Shown: positions 24,930 to 32,000 of the stretch, piece after piece | How positions within the stretch are numbered: the first letter of the stretch is position 1 | Layout: each line of letters opens with the position of its first letter | Assembly: GCF_001652585.1 (NCBI RefSeq) | Contig: NZ_LWLG01000002.1 | Span: 120,001 to 152,000 of the forward strand | Source of the DNA: Thermosulfurimonas dismutans | Lineage (GTDB): Bacteria > Desulfobacterota > Thermodesulfobacteria > Thermodesulfobacteriales > Thermodesulfobacteriaceae | DNA: 32,000 nucleotides | Reading direction: 5' to 3' | Position numbers and translations under genes: made by a program | The notes under the pieces: model-generated | The model's database searches: none | The model's input: the letters and a program-made list of their open reading frames with translations, nothing else | What the model was told of the DNA's origin: nothing

Positions 24930-25448
24930 ATGAAGATCAAGATGAAAATTCAGGCCGTGGCTATGGATCCCGTCACCAATAGCCCGGTAATGATATTAAA
25001 AGAGGAAGAGGGCGAACGAGGGCTTCCCATCTGGATTGGACTGCTGGAAGCTACGGCCATCGCCAGCAAGCTAGAAAACATTCAGTTCCCCCGTCCCATG
25101 ACCCATGATCTCATGAAAAACATTCTGGATCAGCTGGGCATAAAGATCTCTCGAATCGAAATCTGTGATCTCCGGGACAACACCTACTACGCCTTGATTA
25201 CCCTTGATATTGACGGACGAGAGATTCAAGTTGACGCCCGGCCGAGCGACGCCGTGGCCCTGGCCCTGCGTACCGGGGCGGAAATCTATGTGCACGAGGA
25301 AGTACTTGCTAAAAGCCAGGCCTTAGCGGAAGAAGCCCAGAAGAAAGGCGAAGAGGCTGCGGCCACTGCCGCCGGAGAAAAGGATAAAGAAAAACTTAAG
25401 GACCTTCTGGAGCGTCTAGATCCTCAAGCCTTTAAATACAAGATGTAA
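24930..25448 (+). CDS. Bifunctional nuclease (BFN/DUF151) domain protein
   Basis: PVMILKEEEGERGLPIWIGLLEATAI...RPMTHDLM...ARPSDAVALALR. ATG at 24930 with an AAGGAGG SD. The track's longer start at 24864 overlaps miaB. Confidence 0.8.
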   Translation: MKIKMKIQAVAMDPVTNSPVMILKEEEGERGLPIWIGLLEATAIASKLENIQFPRPMTHDLMKNILDQLGIKISRIEICDLRDNTYYALITLDIDGREIQVDARPSDAVALALRTGAEIYVHEEVLAKSQALAEEAQKKGEEAAATAAGEKDKEKLKDLLERLDPQAFKYKM

Positions 25449-25451
25449 ATT

Positions 25452-26099
25452 ATGTTCGATCTCCATTGTCATTCCATTTTCAGTGATGGCGAGCTCATCC
25501 CGGCCGAACTTTTGCGGCGGGTCTCGGTGCTGGGGTATGAGGCCGTGGCTATTACGGACCATGCTGATGGTTCCAACCTGGATCTTATCGTCCCTCGTCT
25601 TCGCCGGGCAGCCGAGGAACTCAATCGTTATTCTTCCTGCAAACTCATTCCCGGAATAGAAATCACACATGTGCCCCCGCCACTTATCCCGGAGATGATC
25701 ACACGTGCTCGGGACCTCGGGGCCGAGATCGTGGTAGTACACGGAGAAACGCTAGCCGAACCGGTAGCTCCGGGGACCAACCGGGCGGCCATTTCCGCCG
25801 AAGCCGATATTTTGGCCCATCCGGGACTCATCACCGAGGAAGAAGTAAAGCTTGCGGCTGAAAAAGGTATTTTCTTGGAAATTTCTGGCCGGAAAGGGCA
25901 CTGTTTGGCAAACGGCCATGTAGTACGCCTGGCCCGAAAATACGGAGCACCCCTGATTATAAACTCCGATGCCCATGCCCCTGGAGATTTCATGAGTCGG
26001 GAGTTCGCCTTTCGAGTAGGGCTCGGAGCAGGTCTAAGTCCAGAAGAAGTGGAAAGACTTTACCAACAAGCCCGCCAGCGTTTTCTTCATGGATCTTAA
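25452..26099 (+). CDS. PHP-domain metal-dependent phosphoesterase (histidinol-phosphatase-like)
   Basis: MFDLHCHSIFSDGE N-terminal HxH motif. ITDH, VVHGE and NSDAH metal ligands. Confidence 0.8.
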   Translation: MFDLHCHSIFSDGELIPAELLRRVSVLGYEAVAITDHADGSNLDLIVPRLRRAAEELNRYSSCKLIPGIEITHVPPPLIPEMITRARDLGAEIVVVHGETLAEPVAPGTNRAAISAEADILAHPGLITEEEVKLAAEKGIFLEISGRKGHCLANGHVVRLARKYGAPLIINSDAHAPGDFMSREFAFRVGLGAGLSPEEVERLYQQARQRFLHGS

Positions 26100-26514
26100 A
26101 AGATTTTTCCGGGAGCGAGGTTATGCCGAGGAGGTCTTGGCTAAACCTCCGACGGTCATCCTCAACTTTGGCCTTGTGACAGAACGGGTGGAAGGAAACC
26201 TCGTAATCCTTTCTGATGATAGACCCCTGCTCATAGCCAATTACGCTCCGGGAGCCGTAAGATCCCGGGAGCGTGGACTTCTAGCCTATGCCCGTCTGGC
26301 CTATCCCCAAAAACCTCCGGCTCTGGCCTTACAAACCAATGGCAGGGAATTTGCCCTTTTAGAAGTAGCCTCAGGGAAGGAAATCGCTTTCGGCGGTCCG
26401 GAAATCGTCCCTCCTTATGAAAAACTTAAGGATTTTTCCCTTCCCCCACCCCTTGATTCCAGGAAAAGATTGATCGAAGAAAAGATCCTTTTCATTCAGA
26501 CGACCGGGGGCTGA
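26089..26514 (+). CDS. Hypothetical protein, possibly a degenerate HSDR_N (type I restriction R N-terminal, PD-(D/E)xK-like) fold
   Basis: LVILSDDRPLLIANYAPG...LALQTNGREFALLEV resembles the HSDR_N_2 pattern (DIvv..P.llvE.K...vlTNG), but the E-x-K position reads A-N-Y. Weak, from memory only. Confidence 0.4.
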   Translation: MDLKRFFRERGYAEEVLAKPPTVILNFGLVTERVEGNLVILSDDRPLLIANYAPGAVRSRERGLLAYARLAYPQKPPALALQTNGREFALLEVASGKEIAFGGPEIVPPYEKLKDFSLPPPLDSRKRLIEEKILFIQTTGG

Positions 26515-27307
26515 CCCCCTCGCCGGCAGGGGACCTGCCGGAAATAAGTCCTGCAAGGTACTTCAAGCTTGGCTCCACGGCCTCCTCCTGGTGAGCCTCA
26601 ATAGTAAGGATCGGCCGCAGGTCCTTTTCAAATAGAAACCCAAAAATCTCAGGGAAAGGAATCTGACCTTCGCCTAGGGCCAGGTGTTCGTCCCACTCTC
26701 CACGATTGTCGTGGAGATGGATTTCCGAGAGATAAGGATAAAGCTCTGGAAGCCAAGTTCGCCAATCGGTTTTGGCAAAGGCGGAGGCGTGTCCGGGATC
26801 GAAGCACCAGGTGAGTCCCGGAAGGGCCTCAAAAAAGGGACGCAGAACCTCCGGCCTGGGTTCAAAGACGTTCTCAAGGGCCAGCTTGAGCCCCAGTTCT
26901 CCGGCTTCCTGAAGCAAGCCCTTGAAGCCCTCTATGGCCTTGTCCTGCCACTTTTCCACAATCTCCCGATGATAACCGGGATGGTAGCCGCTATGGATCA
27001 CCACGGTCACAGGATCAAAAAGGACCGCTACCCGGAAAGCCTCCCGGAGACGTCTCAGGCTAGCTTCCCTGACCAAGGAATCCATAGCTCCGGGCGAGAG
27101 ATCACAAAAAGGGGCGTGCACGTTACAGGAAACTCCAGCTTCCTTTAGTTCCTCCGCCACTTTCTTAAAATCTCTGAAGCCGAATCTATCCAAGGCCTCT
27201 CGATCCAAAGAGATTTCAACCGCGAGCCGGCGCTCTTTAACCAAGGACAGATACTTTTCAACCAGAAGCCCAAAAGGCACAGAGACGAAGATCTTCCAAG
27301 CCTTCAT
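26492..27307 (-). CDS. Xylose-isomerase-like TIM-barrel protein (sugar-phosphate isomerase/epimerase family)
   Basis: Pattern HAPF...VIHSG...LALEN...DPGHA...HLHDN, typical of the AP_endonuc_2 / TIM-barrel family. 4-nt overlap with the upstream aminotransferase gene. Confidence 0.6.
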   Translation of the reverse strand: MKAWKIFVSVPFGLLVEKYLSLVKERRLAVEISLDREALDRFGFRDFKKVAEELKEAGVSCNVHAPFCDLSPGAMDSLVREASLRRLREAFRVAVLFDPVTVVIHSGYHPGYHREIVEKWQDKAIEGFKGLLQEAGELGLKLALENVFEPRPEVLRPFFEALPGLTWCFDPGHASAFAKTDWRTWLPELYPYLSEIHLHDNRGEWDEHLALGEGQIPFPEIFGFLFEKDLRPILTIEAHQEEAVEPSLKYLAGLISGRSPAGEGVSPRSSE

Positions 27308-28413
27308 CTTCCGTAAAACTCCTTTATGGCTTCCACAATAAAGATTTGCTCCTCGGCCTCAAGGTAGGGATGCATGGGAAGGCTAAGGACCTCCTTGGCC
27401 GCTTTCTCGGTCTGAGGAAGACTGCCCTCAGAAAATCCAAGATCCCGAAAGACGGGCTGAAGATGCAGGGGAATGGGATAATAAATAGCTGTGGGGATCC
27501 CTTTTCCGGCTAAATGGGCTCGAAGTTCATCTCTGGCCTCAGCCCTTATGGTAAACTGGGCCCAGGAGGAACGATAGCCCTCTGGAACAATGGGGACCCT
27601 GATCTCGGGTATCTCAGAGAGTAATTGCCGGTATCTCTCGGCCACCTCCTCTCTCAAGGAAAGTTCTTCTTCGAAATAACGTAATTTCACCCGCAAGATG
27701 GCGGCCTGGAGTTCGTCAAGCCGGCCGTTGATACCCGAGTACTCATAATAGTAGGTCTCGGTTTGTCCATGAATTCTCAGAGCCCGAATCTTTTCGGCCA
27801 GTTTTCGATCATGGATAAAAACCATGCCTCCGTCTCCGGCTCCTCCTAGTGGTTTGGCCGGAAAGAAGGACGTGGCTGCGGCCTTTCCAAAACTTCCCGA
27901 ACGCCGACCGTGAAGCTCTGCTCCCAAGGACTGGCAGGCGTCCTCAATAAGTACCACCCCGTATTCCCGGCAGAGGGGCTCTAGACGCTCAAAATCTGCC
28001 GGCAGTCCAAAAAGGCTAACAGCCATGACCGCTGAAACCTTTCCGGAAAGCTTCTTTAAGGCTTCCTCTACCTCTTCGGGAGAAAGATTGTAAGTGAGAG
28101 GGTCAATGTCCACGAAATAGGGAATAAGCCCTACCCGACGAATGGCCTCCGCAGTAGCCACAAAAGTGAAGGCCGGAGTCAAAACCAAGGAGCCCGGAGG
28201 AAATTCAAAGGCCTTGAGGATCAAGAGCAAGGCATCTGTCCCGGAAGAAACCCCCACGGCCTCCGACACCCCCACGAATTCGGTAAGTTCTTTCTCAAGA
28301 GCTGAAACCTCCGGCCCCAAAATATACCGTGTGCTCTGGAGAACCCTTAAGACCGCGGCCTCAATTTCTGATCCGTAGCGGGCGTAACCTCGGGAAAGAT
28401 CTATAAACTTCAT
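27304..28413 (-). CDS. DegT/DnrJ/EryC1/StrS-family PLP-dependent sugar aminotransferase
   Basis: GPEVSALEKELTEFVG, SGTDALLL, DACQSLGA, and the SFFPAKPLGGAGDGG PLP-lysine motif. Confidence 0.85.
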   Translation of the reverse strand: MKFIDLSRGYARYGSEIEAAVLRVLQSTRYILGPEVSALEKELTEFVGVSEAVGVSSGTDALLLILKAFEFPPGSLVLTPAFTFVATAEAIRRVGLIPYFVDIDPLTYNLSPEEVEEALKKLSGKVSAVMAVSLFGLPADFERLEPLCREYGVVLIEDACQSLGAELHGRRSGSFGKAAATSFFPAKPLGGAGDGGMVFIHDRKLAEKIRALRIHGQTETYYYEYSGINGRLDELQAAILRVKLRYFEEELSLREEVAERYRQLLSEIPEIRVPIVPEGYRSSWAQFTIRAEARDELRAHLAGKGIPTAIYYPIPLHLQPVFRDLGFSEGSLPQTEKAAKEVLSLPMHPYLEAEEQIFIVEAIKEFYGR

Positions 28414-28469
28414 AGCCCCAAAGCTTAACTTTGGCCTACTTCTTTGACAACCGTCAAAACCTCTTTAAC

Positions 28470-31042
<2,573 letters not shown>

Positions 31043-31046
<4 letters not shown>

Positions 31047-32000
31047 GCCTCACCAATCTCGCCAAGCCATTCGTAAAACCTTGTAAGGGCCCTTTCAGCC
31101 ATAAGACGGTAGCGTTCCCGTTTGGGAAAGCGTTTCCGTTCTCGGCGTGGAAGGTCGAGAGGAGGGAAGAGTCCCCAGTTTATGTTCATGGGCTGGAAGT
31201 GATGAGGGTCGGCCTCCATGAGATAACGAATAAGAGCCCCGTGACCGGTTTCCGGCGGGGGAACCACCAGGGCCTTACCGTGAATGATACGGGCGGCGTT
31301 GATGCCAGCGATAAGGCCCATAGCCGTAGATTCAACGTAGCCTTCAACCCCGGTAATCTGGCCGGCGAGAAAGATACGGGCCTCGGCCCGAAGCTGCAGC
31401 GTCGGCTTTAGCACCTTCGGAGCGCAGACGAAGGTATTCCGATGAATGGAGCCGTAGCGGGCGAATTCCGCCTTCTCAAGACCGGGAATCATCCGGAAGA
31501 CTCGCTCTTGCTCCGGATACTTGAGCTTGGTCTGAAAGCCCACCAGGTTGTATAGGGTGCCATCCCGGTTCTCCGGACGGAGTTGAACCACGGCGTAAGG
31601 CTCTTTACCGGTGCGGGGGTCAATAAGCCCCACCGGCTTCATGGGGCCGAAACGTAGGGTATCTTCCCCTCGCTCGGCCATGACCTCTATGGGAAGACAA
31701 CCTTCAAAATATCTGGGTTTTTCAAATTCTTTAAGCGGCACCTTTTCCGCAGCAAGAAGTTCCTTGACAAATCTCCGGTATTCCTCCTCGGACAGAGGGC
31801 AGTTCACATAACTCCCTTCCCCTTTACCGTAACGGTCGGCCTTGAAGACCTTGTCCCAATTTATAGACTCGGCGTAGACGATAGGAGCAATGGCATCGTA
31901 GAAATGAAAATAATCCTCTCCGGTAAAGCGCTTGAGATCCTCGGCCAGGGCCTCAGAGGTAAGCGGACCGGTGGCCACAATTACAAGACCTTCTCTTGGT
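31043..32000 (-). CDS. trmFO: Methylenetetrahydrofolate--tRNA-(uracil54-C5)-methyltransferase TrmFO (C-terminal ~318 codons; N-terminus beyond the right edge)
   Basis: The frame stays open to position 32000 (...[18 protein letters not shown]...). [24 protein letters not shown] and the C-terminal region are typical of TrmFO/Gid. Confidence 0.88.

Overview
This 32-kb window is gene-dense (about 95% coding) bacterial chromosome. It looks like a thermophilic sulfate/sulfur-respiring lineage (Thermodesulfobacteriota-like); that placement is inferred from gene content and the Glu/Lys/Arg-rich proteins and was not verified. I found no rRNA, tRNA, CRISPR array, IS element or prophage.

Gene content, left to right:
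- dsrMKJOP membrane redox complex on the minus strand. dsrP runs off the left edge and is missing from the ORF track. An RsbRD_N-like gene precedes the operon.
- A minus-strand string dnaJ-nrdR-pyrF-DUF763.
- xseA, an M23 peptidase, then xseB-ispA-dxs on the plus strand.
- A molybdate/tungstate block: OM porin-modA-modB-modC on the minus strand, with a perfect 21-bp ModE-box palindrome over its promoter and a short ModE that has only the DNA-binding domain.
- A tightly coupled plus-strand operon: EF-G-2-type paralogue, mog, selD.
- Housekeeping genes: TlpA-like redoxin, creatininase-family protein, miaB, bifunctional nuclease, PHP phosphoesterase, a small HSDR_N-like protein, a TIM-barrel protein, a DegT aminotransferase, a COG1565 methyltransferase, tgt, yajC and trmFO (partial).

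Main points:
1. selD is a selenoprotein gene. An in-frame UGA at 21294-21296 explains the apparent 166-bp gap and the truncated ORF in the track.
2. The Mo/W uptake operon begins with a dedicated outer-membrane barrel and is apparently controlled by a ModE that lacks oxyanion-sensing Mop domains.
3. A catalytic-His-less EF-G paralogue is translationally coupled to mog and selD.
4. An exact 15-nt G-tract repeat brackets the dsrM start codon.

I see no convincing evidence for a wholly new multi-gene system such as a defence island. The novelty candidates above are hypotheses that need database and structure checks I cannot run here.
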